Shown piece after piece: positions 49,774 through 59,546 of a stretch of DNA of 64,000 nt (positions are counted from its first letter, which is position 1; the number at the start of each line of letters is the position of its first letter). The stretch covers positions 64,001 through 128,000 of the forward strand of contig JAYZAY010000085.1 in assembly GCA_036339465.1 (NCBI GenBank), in the 5' to 3' direction. The notes under the pieces are model-generated. The model searched no databases and was not told the DNA's origin. It saw only the letters and a list, made by a program, of their open reading frames with translations. The stretch is from Myxococcota bacterium (GTDB lineage: Bacteria > Myxococcota > XYA12-FULL-58-9 > JABJBS01). The position numbers and the translations under genes are program-made.

Positions 49774-51903
49774 ATGAGTTTTCTCAACCCATTACTTTTA
49801 GCAGGCGCCTTCTTTGCTGCCGTCCCCCTCATCATTCATCTCTTTGGACGACGCAACGCTCAGGAAGAGTTTTTTCCGGCCATGGAGTTTCTCTTTGAGA
49901 TCGTTCAACGTTCCGCTTTTTGGGAGAAAGTAAGGCGATTTATTCTGCTGGCGATACGGATGTTGATGGTTGTGGTGTTCACCTTCCTTTTGGCTCGACC
50001 CTTTGCGCCGATTGTTGCAACGGAGGGAGCAGCAGCAGAATCTAGGGAAACCTATATTTTTGTTTTAGATACCTCGCTCTCTATGTCTTATCTTAAGGGG
50101 GGGGAGTCGTTATTGGCTCTTTCCAAGGCGTATATTGAGAACGCAGTCTCGGATTTAGGGACCAATATTCGCTTGGAGTTGATTGAGGCGACTGTACCTC
50201 CCAGGCTCGTTTTTCAAGGCGAAAAGAAATCATCCAGAGAATTTTTTGCGAAACTCGAAGACTTGGAGCCGAGCCTTCGGCAAACAAACATCTCTGAAGC
50301 GCTGCGGTTTATTGCAGATAGAGGGGAGCAGTCAGCGCTCGTAGAGGTTTTGGTGTTCAGTGATTTCTCCAAGTCAGCCTTTGGAGAGGTCTTCAGCCTG
50401 ACGCCAAATTACAGTCTACGATTCGTTGATCCCGCAGAACGTGCAGAACCGCTCAAGGCGCTGCCTAATGTGGCCCTTACCGGGTTTCATTTGGAAGAGG
50501 GATATGATGGTCAGTTCAGGAACTTTGTGGAGGTGGAGGTCCAGAATTTTGGAGAGGAGTCTCTGGATGAAGTTATGGTGGAGGTGAGTCTCGACGGAGG
50601 GGCGACATTACGGGGGACTCTAAGTCTTGAGGCGAGAGAAAAGAAGAAAAAGAAATTTACGTTTTCGGAACTTACCAAGGGGCAATACAAGGGAGAGGTG
50701 CGTTTACTCGATGGGACAGGCGAGGATGGATATTCACAGGATGATCAGTTGGATTTTTCTTTGGAAGTTTATCCATTGTTGAAGGTGTTGGCGCTGAATG
50801 GGGAGCCCAGAAATACACCGATTCGGGATGAATTGTTTTTTTTCGAAAAAGCTTTGGGAAGGTTGGTGAAAGACGTAGAACCCATGGAACTTCAAGTCAT
50901 TGGTGTTGAGGAGCTTGATGATAGATTGCTTTCAGCTTTTTCTCCCGATGTGGTTTGGATTGCCAATCCGCCCCCTCATCTTTGCGAAGGAGACCGAGCA
51001 AAATTGTTGCTGGAGGGAAGTTGGGGGCTTATTTTTTCGCTGGGTCAACAAGTTGAGCCAACACATTTTAATGCGTGTTGGGAAAGCGCCCTAGGGCTCA
51101 AATTAAGAGACCTCCACGATGTTCGTGCAAACGCAAGCCTTGGCGATGGGGTGGGCCTCACTTCTTTGAACCGGAATCACGCCATATTTTTTGGGGCAGA
51201 CCAAGAGTTATTGGAGGCTCTTAGATTGTCGCAGACCCATCGCTATTTTCACTTAGAGTTGACACCCAACCGTGGAAGCTCGGTGATCGCTAAGTATGAG
51301 AGCGGTGCTGCGGCTCTAGTGGAGTTGGGTTTTTCTGAAAGGCGGGCACCGGGTTTTCTTTTGTCGACCTCCATCGATTTGGCTATGAGTGACTTGGCCA
51401 TCCGGGCTTCGTTTGTACCTTGGTTACAACAAATCTTATATTATGCGGGAGGTCGTCCTGTGGGGATGAGAGATATTGTTTCTATGGCTGGAGAACCTTT
51501 GGAGTTGGCGCTTCCCGGTGGCTTTACAGGAGCATGGATTGAGGATTCCAAGGGGCAACGAAGAGAACCAACGGATTTTAGTCCGAGTGCTGGTCGTGTA
51601 TTCTTCCCCGAAATTCAGTCCCCAGGTATTTGGAAATTGGGTCTAAAAAAAGGTGAAGAGTTGGTTTCGGAGTTGAGCCCTCTCGTGATGATCTTGCCAA
51701 GCACCCGTGAATCGGATTTATCTCCTGTATCGGCAGATAGCCTTTTGTTACTGGGCAATCAGGGGGATGCCCCAACTCGAAAGTTGATGTGGTCGGGCGT
51801 CGGCGGTGAAGATGACCATGCCACCAACAAATGGATGAAGATATTACTCCTTAGCCTATTGGTTTTAGTCGGTATGGAAGTTATTCTTGCGGCTCGAGGT
51901 TAA
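49774..51903 (+). CDS. BatA N-terminal domain + vWA membrane protein
   Basis: MSFLNP...PLIIHL...LARP (BatA domain), DTSLSM MIDAS, FSD, C-terminal TM. Confidence 0.85.
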   Translation: MSFLNPLLLAGAFFAAVPLIIHLFGRRNAQEEFFPAMEFLFEIVQRSAFWEKVRRFILLAIRMLMVVVFTFLLARPFAPIVATEGAAAESRETYIFVLDTSLSMSYLKGGESLLALSKAYIENAVSDLGTNIRLELIEATVPPRLVFQGEKKSSREFFAKLEDLEPSLRQTNISEALRFIADRGEQSALVEVLVFSDFSKSAFGEVFSLTPNYSLRFVDPAERAEPLKALPNVALTGFHLEEGYDGQFRNFVEVEVQNFGEESLDEVMVEVSLDGGATLRGTLSLEAREKKKKKFTFSELTKGQYKGEVRLLDGTGEDGYSQDDQLDFSLEVYPLLKVLALNGEPRNTPIRDELFFFEKALGRLVKDVEPMELQVIGVEELDDRLLSAFSPDVVWIANPPPHLCEGDRAKLLLEGSWGLIFSLGQQVEPTHFNACWESALGLKLRDLHDVRANASLGDGVGLTSLNRNHAIFFGADQELLEALRLSQTHRYFHLELTPNRGSSVIAKYESGAAALVELGFSERRAPGFLLSTSIDLAMSDLAIRASFVPWLQQILYYAGGRPVGMRDIVSMAGEPLELALPGGFTGAWIEDSKGQRREPTDFSPSAGRVFFPEIQSPGIWKLGLKKGEELVSELSPLVMILPSTRESDLSPVSADSLLLLGNQGDAPTRKLMWSGVGGEDDHATNKWMKILLLSLLVLVGMEVILAARG

Positions 51904-51922
51904 GGGACGGAGTTCAGTTAAA

Positions 51923-52846
51923 ATGGATAAAGTAGAATATATTTGGATGGATGGAGAACTTAGACCTTGGGATGCGGCTCAGGTCCATGTTTTATCTCAC
52001 GGTTTACACTACGGCCTCGGGGCTTTTGAGGGTATCCGTGCTTATGAGCAGTCCCGTGGTGGCGTCTCGATTTTCCGCTTGGAAGACCATCTAAAACGTC
52101 TGCTTCAATCGGCCCACATTTGTATGATGGATGTTCCATTTACCCTCGAGCAATGGTCTGCTGCTTGTTGTGAGTTGATTAAAGCCAACGGATTTTCAGA
52201 TGGTTGTTACCTACGACCGACCGTTTTCACTGGAGCAGGCTCTCTGGGGATTGCAGCCCTTGATAACCCTATTCATTGTGTCGTCGCAGCGTGGCGCTGG
52301 GGGGCTTACCTTGGTGAAGAAGGCCTCAAGAACGGTATTCGGATGATGGTTTCTAGTCATCGGCGACCCGCTGGGGATGCTTATTCTCCCAAGGGTAAGA
52401 TTAATGGTCAGTACGTGGGGTCGATTCTAGCGAAGCGTGAAGCTATTAGGTCGGGTTTTGATGAGGCGATGATGCTCGATCACCAAGGCTTTGCTGTGGA
52501 AGGAACGGGGGAGAACCTATTCGTGGTGAAAGACGGTGAGATCCGAACGCCCCATATCGGGCAGTCGATTTTGGCCGGAATTACTAGGGAAACAGCGATT
52601 GCGATCCTAGAAGACCAAGGGATGGTCACCAAAGAAGGCCCCATCACCCGAGACGAGCTTTATTGTGCGGATGAAGTCTTCTTAACGGGTACTGCCGCTG
52701 AGGTTACTCCGGTGAGAGAAATCGATCATCGGAAAATAGGTGCGGGGCGCCCAGGGGAAATAACGACGATGCTCCAAGCCGCCTACGGCTCGGTTGTCCG
52801 AGGCGAAAAGAATAAGTGGTCTCACTGGCATACTCTGGTTGAATGA
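51923..52846 (+). CDS. ilvE: branched-chain amino acid aminotransferase
   Basis: LHYG...FEGIRAY, K.NGQY, EGTGEN, GITR, TGTAAEV. Confidence 0.96.
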   Translation: MDKVEYIWMDGELRPWDAAQVHVLSHGLHYGLGAFEGIRAYEQSRGGVSIFRLEDHLKRLLQSAHICMMDVPFTLEQWSAACCELIKANGFSDGCYLRPTVFTGAGSLGIAALDNPIHCVVAAWRWGAYLGEEGLKNGIRMMVSSHRRPAGDAYSPKGKINGQYVGSILAKREAIRSGFDEAMMLDHQGFAVEGTGENLFVVKDGEIRTPHIGQSILAGITRETAIAILEDQGMVTKEGPITRDELYCADEVFLTGTAAEVTPVREIDHRKIGAGRPGEITTMLQAAYGSVVRGEKNKWSHWHTLVE

Positions 52847-52855
52847 TAAACCACT

Positions 52856-52896
52856 GTTTTATTGGCAGCAGTTTTATTGGCAGCAGTTTTATTGGC
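52856..52896. repeat. 15-bp tandem repeat GTTTTATTGGCAGCA, ~2.7 copies
   Basis: Read directly, just after the ilvE stop. Confidence 0.9.
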
Positions 52897-53100
52897 TGAA
52901 TCAGATTTTGAGCGGTCAATCTCATGACCATCCCGGGTTTTGAGCCTACCGGACAACCTGGAAAGATTTTGGATTTTTAATTTATATGGGGACTATGGGC
53001 CACGGCCCATTCGCTTAAGATAGGGAATCAGCGCGCAACGATCGGTTGATTGAAACGTGCCCCTGTCTTTCTAGAACAAGACAAGTATTCTTCGATCTGT

Positions 53101-53256
53101 TTAATTTTGTTCAGTTTTTTCTGATGGTTCGTCACCAAAAAGAACAGACAGTTTTGGAGTAGATCCAGAACTTGCCACTTGCTTTTTACGATCTGCGCCA
53201 GCTTTTTTTGCCTTGTGCTTACGAATAACTTTTCTTCTTTTACCATCTGCAGCCAT
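53101..53256 (-). CDS. small basic protein, 51 aa (missing from the ORF track)
   Basis: GGAGA RBS 5 nt before the ATG; MAADGKRRKVIRKHKAKKAGADRKKQVASSGSTPKLSVLFGDEPSEKTEQN; hairpin just after the stop. Confidence 0.75.
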   Translation of the reverse strand: MAADGKRRKVIRKHKAKKAGADRKKQVASSGSTPKLSVLFGDEPSEKTEQN

Positions 53257-53424
53257 TGATATCTCCGTCGAATTCGTGAGGGCCGCTGGAATAGCCTATA
53301 ATCGTGAGTCTGTGAAGAGGTTTAGAGATATTTCGAAGGTTTAGAGATCCCTTCGTACCTTCCGAAGCATCTGTTTTACCTTCTGAAGGCCAAAGTCCTG
53401 CCGGATACGTTGTCTTATCAAGGC

Positions 53425-54375
53425 TTAATTTTCCAGACCCAAGGACCGGCGCAGCTCTAACCTAAAGTAGTCGTAGGTCGCCCTCAAGCCATGGTTTAGG
53501 GGCACTCGGGGACTCCAGTTCAGTTTTTCTTTCGCAAGGGTGATATCTGGCTGCCTTCGTTTGGGGTCATCCTGTGGAAGCTTTAGGTACTCGATTTCCA
53601 CGTGGCCCCCATGGAGTTTTTCAACTTCTTCGGCAAGTTCGCGAATGGTATATTCGTTTGGGTTTCCGATGTTTACGGGCCCGGTAAAATTCTCGGCGCG
53701 CATCAATTTGATCAGTCCGTTCACCTGATCTTCGATATAGCAAAATGACCGTGTTTGAGTACCATCACCATAGATCGTGATGGGGCGATTGGTGAGCGCC
53801 TGAACGATAAAATTGCTCACCACCCGGCCATCATTTGGAAGCATTTTGGGGCCGTAGGTATTGAAAATACGCGCCATTCGAATCTCAATTTTATGTTCAC
53901 GGCGGTAGTCAAAACATAGGGTTTCGGCGACCCGTTTGCCTTCGTCGTAACAAGAGCGGGGGCCAATGGTATTGACGTGCCCCCAATAGTCTTCGGTTTG
54001 GGGGTGAACCTGGGGATCTCCATACACTTCCGAGGTAGATGCCTGCAGAAGTCGCGCGCCAACACGCTTGGCAAGTCCCAGTAGATTGATTGTTCCAAGC
54101 ACATTGGTTTTAACGGTCTTGATAGGGTTGTGCTGGTAGTGCACCGGTGATGCTGGGCACGCTAAATTGAAGATGGCATCGACTTCGAGAAGGATAGGTT
54201 CGACGACATCGTGGCGGATGATTTCGAAGTTATCATAATCCCTGAGGTGGAGGATATTTTCCCGCCGGCCGGTAAAGAAATTATCTAAACAGATAACTTC
54301 TTGTCCTTGTTTAAGAAGCTCTTCACAGAGATGTGAACCAATGAACCCAGCCCCACCAGCGACTAGATAGATCAT
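53425..54375 (-). CDS. uxs: UDP-glucuronate decarboxylase (UDP-xylose synthase)
   Basis: [40 protein letters not shown]. Confidence 0.93.
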   Translation of the reverse strand: MIYLVAGGAGFIGSHLCEELLKQGQEVICLDNFFTGRRENILHLRDYDNFEIIRHDVVEPILLEVDAIFNLACPASPVHYQHNPIKTVKTNVLGTINLLGLAKRVGARLLQASTSEVYGDPQVHPQTEDYWGHVNTIGPRSCYDEGKRVAETLCFDYRREHKIEIRMARIFNTYGPKMLPNDGRVVSNFIVQALTNRPITIYGDGTQTRSFCYIEDQVNGLIKLMRAENFTGPVNIGNPNEYTIRELAEEVEKLHGGHVEIEYLKLPQDDPKRRQPDITLAKEKLNWSPRVPLNHGLRATYDYFRLELRRSLGLEN

Positions 54376-55700
54376 GCCAATCCCCTCCCTATGCCAAAGT
54401 ATTCAAATCCCTCAGCCAAGATATCTTCGGGTTCATATTGATTACGCCCATCAAAGATTATTTGAGATTTCATTGTGTTCTTAAGGCGCCCTAAGTTTGG
54501 GTTTCTGAATGCTCGCCATTCTGTCGCCAAGATGAGCGCGTCGGCATTTTTCGCCGCTTCGTATTGATCCTCAACAAAAGAAACCTGGGCGTTATCCTTT
54601 AGCGCCTCTCTGGCATTGGGCATGGCCACTGGGTCGAAAGCGGCAATGGTCGCACCGCACTCCGTGAGTCTTTTGATGATGGTAAATGCGGGGGCTTCTC
54701 GAATATCGTCGGTATTTGGTTTAAAACTTAAACCCCATAAACCAAAGTGCTTTCCTTTAAGGTTTTGATTGAAACGATTGAGAATACGGTTGGCCAGCAT
54801 CATTTTTTGATGCTTGTTTACTTGCACCACTGCTTCGAGAATATGCGCACTACAATCAGACTCAAGGGCTACCTGGGCCAGCGCCTGCACATCCTTGGGG
54901 AAACAAGAGCCTCCATAGCCAATCCCTGCGTATAGAAAGCTCATGCCGATTCGACTGTCGGTTCCCATACCTCGACGAACATCCATGACATCGGCGCCGA
55001 TGGTGTCGCAAAGGCGAGCCAGCTCATTCATGAATGAAATTCGGGTGGCGAGCATGGCGTTGGCGGCGTATTTGGTCAATTCTGATGCTTTTACTTTCAT
55101 CAGCAGGATGGGGTGTCCGTTTCTGACAAATTGTTGGTAGAGTTGATACATGACTCTACCGGCTTCTTCGTCATTGATGCCCACCACAATCCGGTCTGGG
55201 CGAAGAAAGTCCTCAACTGCTTTTCCTTCCTTTAAAAACTCGGGATTGGAGACGACCGGTATTTTGACGTCCACCTTTCTCTTGGCGAGGGTTTCATCAA
55301 TGACTTGTTGGACCCGCTCACAGGTACCCACGGGAACCGTTGATTTAATCGCGACGACCAATCCATGGGTGGCTTGGTTGCCAATGGAGCGCGCTGCTTC
55401 TAGGACGTAACGTCTATCGGCGGAACCATCTTCGTCTGGTGGGGTACCAACTGCGATAAAGCAGACATCGGTTTGCGGTAGGCAACCGGCCAGATCCGTT
55501 GAAAATGTCAATCGTTTTTCGGCGACATTTCGGTGGACGAGCTCCTCAAGGCCGGGTTCGTAGATTGGAATATGCCCTTCTTTAAGGGATTTGATCTTGT
55601 TTTGGTCGATATCAATGCAGGCGACCTCATTCCCCATATCTGCCAAGCAAGTACCTGTTACCAACCCGACGTAGCCGGTGCCGATCATTGTTATTTTCAT
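54372..55700 (-). CDS. ugd: UDP-glucose 6-dehydrogenase
   Basis: [38 protein letters not shown]. Confidence 0.95.
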   Translation of the reverse strand: MKITMIGTGYVGLVTGTCLADMGNEVACIDIDQNKIKSLKEGHIPIYEPGLEELVHRNVAEKRLTFSTDLAGCLPQTDVCFIAVGTPPDEDGSADRRYVLEAARSIGNQATHGLVVAIKSTVPVGTCERVQQVIDETLAKRKVDVKIPVVSNPEFLKEGKAVEDFLRPDRIVVGINDEEAGRVMYQLYQQFVRNGHPILLMKVKASELTKYAANAMLATRISFMNELARLCDTIGADVMDVRRGMGTDSRIGMSFLYAGIGYGGSCFPKDVQALAQVALESDCSAHILEAVVQVNKHQKMMLANRILNRFNQNLKGKHFGLWGLSFKPNTDDIREAPAFTIIKRLTECGATIAAFDPVAMPNAREALKDNAQVSFVEDQYEAAKNADALILATEWRAFRNPNLGRLKNTMKSQIIFDGRNQYEPEDILAEGFEYFGIGRGLA

Positions 55701-55847
55701 GTGGGTTTATCCTGAAAAGTTAACGGTAAATTATCAGCAGCCCAAATCCTTGAGTCTTCTTCTTGGATAAGCGGGTTCGAAATGGTTGCAAGTCCAAATT
55801 CTTACGGGTTATACGAGTTCAATTAGGAGGTTTCAAGCATCGTTGAA

Positions 55848-56759
55848 TTGTTGAGCAAAGTCGTTTGTTGGCTGCCACAAGGCTTGGTGACGATGTTGAG
55901 CAAATTTATAGGTTTGTTCTGGTTCTATTGTTTACCGATTCGGTGTGGGGTTGCTCTTAACAATGTATCTCGTACCAACGTGGGTAAGGATTTGGGGCAT
56001 GGTGAGCGGCGGATGCTTGTTCGTAGTGCTTGCATTAATATGGCGATGACAGTCTTGGAATCCCTGCGCTGGCCCCTATTAAATTCCACGAAAATTAAAG
56101 AAGCGATGAAGGATTGGAAGGGGGTATCGCATTTTGAAGCGGCCTTAGCCCAGGGGAAAGGGGTTATTTTGGTCGGTCCTCATTTGGGACCATTTGAGGA
56201 GCTTCCCGGAGGCCTTGCCTTGGCGGGGTATCCTGTTGCGGTTATTTATCGGGAGATATCGATGGGATCTGCTCAGCGATATTGGACGAGGGAGCGAAAT
56301 AGAATGGGGTTGGTGCCCATTGCTCCCCGTGGTTCAAAAGAGAAAATCAAGGAATGTTTGGGTTCGGGAATGGCGGTGGTGTTCGCCTTCGACCAGCATA
56401 TGGCACCTTACCGAGGAATTGCTTGTGAATTTCTAGGGCAATTGGCATCCACCATGACTGGGGCGGTTCGCTTGGCTTTGGCCACGGGAGCCCCCATTGT
56501 GCCCGGCTTTGTTTATCGAGAGCGAGGGCAGCCACAGAAACATATTATTGAGCTAGAGCCAGAGTACCATTTGGAGTGTCCCTATGATAACGATGACGAA
56601 AATATTCGACATAACACTCAAGCGTTGAACAAGATTGTGGAGAAATGGGTGATGGCTTATCCGGAGCAGTGGCTCTGGCATCATCGCCGATTCAAGGTGT
56701 ACGATAACCTGGATGAATGGGAAATTCCCACGCATCTTAATCATTTAAAAAAATCTTGA
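55848..56759 (+). CDS. lipid A late acyltransferase (LpxL/HtrB family)
   Basis: HLGPFE (HxxxxE), FDQ, PEQWLWHHRRFK. Confidence 0.88.
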   Translation: MLSKVVCWLPQGLVTMLSKFIGLFWFYCLPIRCGVALNNVSRTNVGKDLGHGERRMLVRSACINMAMTVLESLRWPLLNSTKIKEAMKDWKGVSHFEAALAQGKGVILVGPHLGPFEELPGGLALAGYPVAVIYREISMGSAQRYWTRERNRMGLVPIAPRGSKEKIKECLGSGMAVVFAFDQHMAPYRGIACEFLGQLASTMTGAVRLALATGAPIVPGFVYRERGQPQKHIIELEPEYHLECPYDNDDENIRHNTQALNKIVEKWVMAYPEQWLWHHRRFKVYDNLDEWEIPTHLNHLKKS

Positions 56760-56778
56760 ATAATTCGTGGTGGAGACA

Positions 56779-57624
56779 ATGAGGGAGTCGGGCGATATGC
56801 TTGTGGATGAGTTGGGGGGCGCTTTGGTTGGGCGCTTAAAGTTGTTCGCGATTTTTTTCCTGGGCCTAGTATTGGGGATGCTGGGAGGAGTCCAAATGGC
56901 AGATGAAGCGCCGGACGACCTATTGAATAGACTCGACCATTCGCAACAAAAGCTTCGCAGGGCTCAAGATAAAATTCGAGAACTTGAAAGAGGCAGCCAA
57001 TATGCCTCGAATCAATCGTACCAAGAAAAATCGGTGCTACCTCCCTCAGTATTAAACAAGCATCAGGAGGAAGTGAAGCGATATACCGCAAGCATGCGGC
57101 AGAGTAAGCACCTGAGGGCTGCAGGGCTGGTTGAATGGTTCATTTCTCGGTGGAATGAACTCTTGGCCCAGCCACAACCCGATGACCGAAAATTACGTAG
57201 GGCTGAAGTACTGGAGAAGTTTATTGGAGCGATGAAGGAAAATCTAAATCCGGGGGATTTTGTTCCCTGGCAGAGTGAATTTTTGGGGCAACCATGGATT
57301 GCCGAATTGGGATTTGATTTGGATGGAGATGGCTACCCCGCAAGGTCTGGGGTGCGAAACCCAAGGGATAGTTTTACCAATGTTTCTCTTTGTAAAATAG
57401 GTATGGCACTCAATCAGGCGCTCTTAGACACTCAAATCCTATTCGCTCCGGACGTAAAATGTGGCGATTCAGGCTCTCGTATATCGCTCTTTCTAGCGGG
57501 AGAAACATTGCGAGACGCCACGGAAGAATATGCCAAGGCATTGAAAAGTAGGGGCTATGTTGTCAAAGAGCTCCGAAAACGAAATATTCAGCAACTAATT
57601 GTTTCCAGTGGCCGACGGCGTTGA
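56779..57624 (+). CDS. membrane-anchored hypothetical protein (TM, coiled coil, possible secretin-N0/STN-like tail)
   Basis: TM LFAIFFLGLVLGML, coiled coil, DLDGDG loop; start uncertain. Confidence 0.65.
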   Translation: MRESGDMLVDELGGALVGRLKLFAIFFLGLVLGMLGGVQMADEAPDDLLNRLDHSQQKLRRAQDKIRELERGSQYASNQSYQEKSVLPPSVLNKHQEEVKRYTASMRQSKHLRAAGLVEWFISRWNELLAQPQPDDRKLRRAEVLEKFIGAMKENLNPGDFVPWQSEFLGQPWIAELGFDLDGDGYPARSGVRNPRDSFTNVSLCKIGMALNQALLDTQILFAPDVKCGDSGSRISLFLAGETLRDATEEYAKALKSRGYVVKELRKRNIQQLIVSSGRRR

Positions 57625-58515
57625 GCTTTCGGTCATGGCGCTTAGCATCTGCTGAATTCGATCCCGTCGCGGGCTTTTGGGGGCGGTTTCGACAAATTTC
57701 CGGAAGCTTATTTTCATACCCTCTTTATCTCCAGATTGCATTTTTAACATGCCCTGAAAAAACCACGTATCGTGGGCATCGGGGTGGGCCTCTCCAATGA
57801 CGACCAATGCATTGAGTGCACCCTCAGTATCCCCTTGGGCGCCAAGTAACACCGCTGCTTGAATTTTTGCGCCGACGTGTTCGGGGTTAATTTCAAGTGC
57901 CCGCTGATTCAATGCCTGTGCTTCACTAAACATTTGCTGCAGTAGCAAAGTTCGTGTGAGCTTGACCATGGCATCTACATCGTTTGGGTTTTGTTTTAAG
58001 AACTCAAGCTGAGCTTGTACTTCGCCCCCACCATTACTTGGAGGAGGGGAGTTTGTTGGGGACTGCATCATGGGAGCACGGGGAGCTGCTTGTTCTCCCA
58101 CAGACCAGACAAGCCCGCCTATCAATGAACAAAGCCCCACACCCCAGAAAAATCCCGCCAGTTGTGGTGTGCGCTTCAAGAACCCGGGGGTGGTTTGATT
58201 GATGGTTTGTCGATTGCGGGCTGAAGCTTCAGCCAATTTGGTTTGCATTTCTTCTCGTTTTTTGAGGTGCTTGGCGGCCTGCTGCTCTAGGTTTGTCTTT
58301 GCGGTATGGTAATATGCTTTCGTAAGTCTTTGCTTTTGGCTTTCTAAATCTCGAAGCATGGCGATTCGGTGATTGAAGCTTTCTTCTGAATTATGCAGAG
58401 CTTCCGAAAGGGAGCTGTCACTTCTCTCTTTTCTAAGTTGCCATATTCCTAGGGTACCCAAGATGATACCGAGACAGGATGCCGTTAAGATTTGTGGAAC
58501 CCATAAGAAGTCCAT
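57595..58515 (-). CDS. ccmI: cytochrome c biogenesis CcmI/CycH-like TPR protein
   Basis: Two TMs flanking LRDLE, followed by TPRs; downstream of ccmH. Confidence 0.7.
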   Translation of the reverse strand: MDFLWVPQILTASCLGIILGTLGIWQLRKERSDSSLSEALHNSEESFNHRIAMLRDLESQKQRLTKAYYHTAKTNLEQQAAKHLKKREEMQTKLAEASARNRQTINQTTPGFLKRTPQLAGFFWGVGLCSLIGGLVWSVGEQAAPRAPMMQSPTNSPPPSNGGGEVQAQLEFLKQNPNDVDAMVKLTRTLLLQQMFSEAQALNQRALEINPEHVGAKIQAAVLLGAQGDTEGALNALVVIGEAHPDAHDTWFFQGMLKMQSGDKEGMKISFRKFVETAPKSPRRDRIQQMLSAMTESSTPSATGNN

Positions 58516-58519
58516 GGAT

Positions 58520-59011
58520 TTATTCCTCGTCGACGAGATGACGAACTGCTTTAATATAAGGGTCGTCATTGCTGTTAGAGTTCAATTTTGTGTCTGTCTT
58601 TTCATTTGTTTCCATGGGAGAGGGCTTAGAGCGCCTAAAAACCCAAATTAAACTCGCGAGTAGAGCTATGGGCGGAAAAATCCAAATAAACCAATTCATT
58701 CCCTCTGCTTTGGGGCGTAGCAGAACCCAATCCCCATAGCGGTCTGTGAAGAATTTCAAGATCTCATTTTCAGATCTTCCTTGAGCTTGTAGTTCCCGGA
58801 CTTTTTTCATCATGGCTTGGGCCATATCCGCAGGGGAATCGGCGATGGGCATTCCTTGGCATACGGGGCACCGTAGGAGTTTTCCGATTTGATAAGAAGG
58901 GTCAGTGCTGTCTTCATGAATTACGCCGATATTTGGCGCCTTGTTTTCTGGGGCACTGTTTCCGATTGTTGCGTTTCCTAGAGACAGGAGGACATAAATT
59001 ATCCACTTCAT
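58520..59011 (-). CDS. ccmH: cytochrome c biogenesis protein CcmH
   Basis: LRCPVCQG, RYGDWVLLRP. Confidence 0.93.
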   Translation of the reverse strand: MKWIIYVLLSLGNATIGNSAPENKAPNIGVIHEDSTDPSYQIGKLLRCPVCQGMPIADSPADMAQAMMKKVRELQAQGRSENEILKFFTDRYGDWVLLRPKAEGMNWFIWIFPPIALLASLIWVFRRSKPSPMETNEKTDTKLNSNSNDDPYIKAVRHLVDEE

Positions 59012-59012
59012 T

Positions 59013-59546
59013 TTAGTTTAATCCTCCGGGAACCAGTTCGGACAATTGTTTGAAAAGGATTGGGGGAGTTAGGACGCCGAGGTGCTTGTGTAAAACGACT
59101 CCCTCGGCCGAGATAAAGACGGTTTCAGGTACGCCGGTGATACCGAAGTCCATGGCGACCGAGGAGTTGGGGTCTATTAGATGGGGGTATTCCGACCCTT
59201 TCTGTTGTAGGTATTCGCGTGTTTTTTCGGGCGTGTCTTGGTAGATGACGCCGTAGAATTCAACTTTGTTGTTTAGGTTTCTAGCGGCTTCTTGAAGCAG
59301 GATATGTTCTGCCTTACAGGGCTCACACCAGGTTGACCAAAAGTTAACAACGATTGGTTTTGTTCTTTTACCACCCAAGGATATTTTTTGACCATCCAAC
59401 GACAGGAGTTCAAGAGGGGGCAATTTCTTCCCTTGCAGGACAAAGGGTATGGCGTGTGGGTCGTTCCCAAAGCCACTGGCTAGAATCATGATCAAAGGCA
59501 CGATGATAGCCGATCCTACCAGGAGAATGACTGTCCGAAGGCTCAT
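59013..59546 (-). CDS. ccmG: thiol:disulfide oxidoreductase CcmG/DsbE
   Basis: NFWSTWCEPC, GVPET. Confidence 0.9.
   Translation of the reverse strand: MSLRTVILLVGSAIIVPLIMILASGFGNDPHAIPFVLQGKKLPPLELLSLDGQKISLGGKRTKPIVVNFWSTWCEPCKAEHILLQEAARNLNNKVEFYGVIYQDTPEKTREYLQQKGSEYPHLIDPNSSVAMDFGITGVPETVFISAEGVVLHKHLGVLTPPILFKQLSELVPGGLN

Noticed and set aside
53028..53246. 72-aa ORF from the track
   Set aside because: Shadow of the 51-aa frame, which has the RBS and a more protein-like composition.
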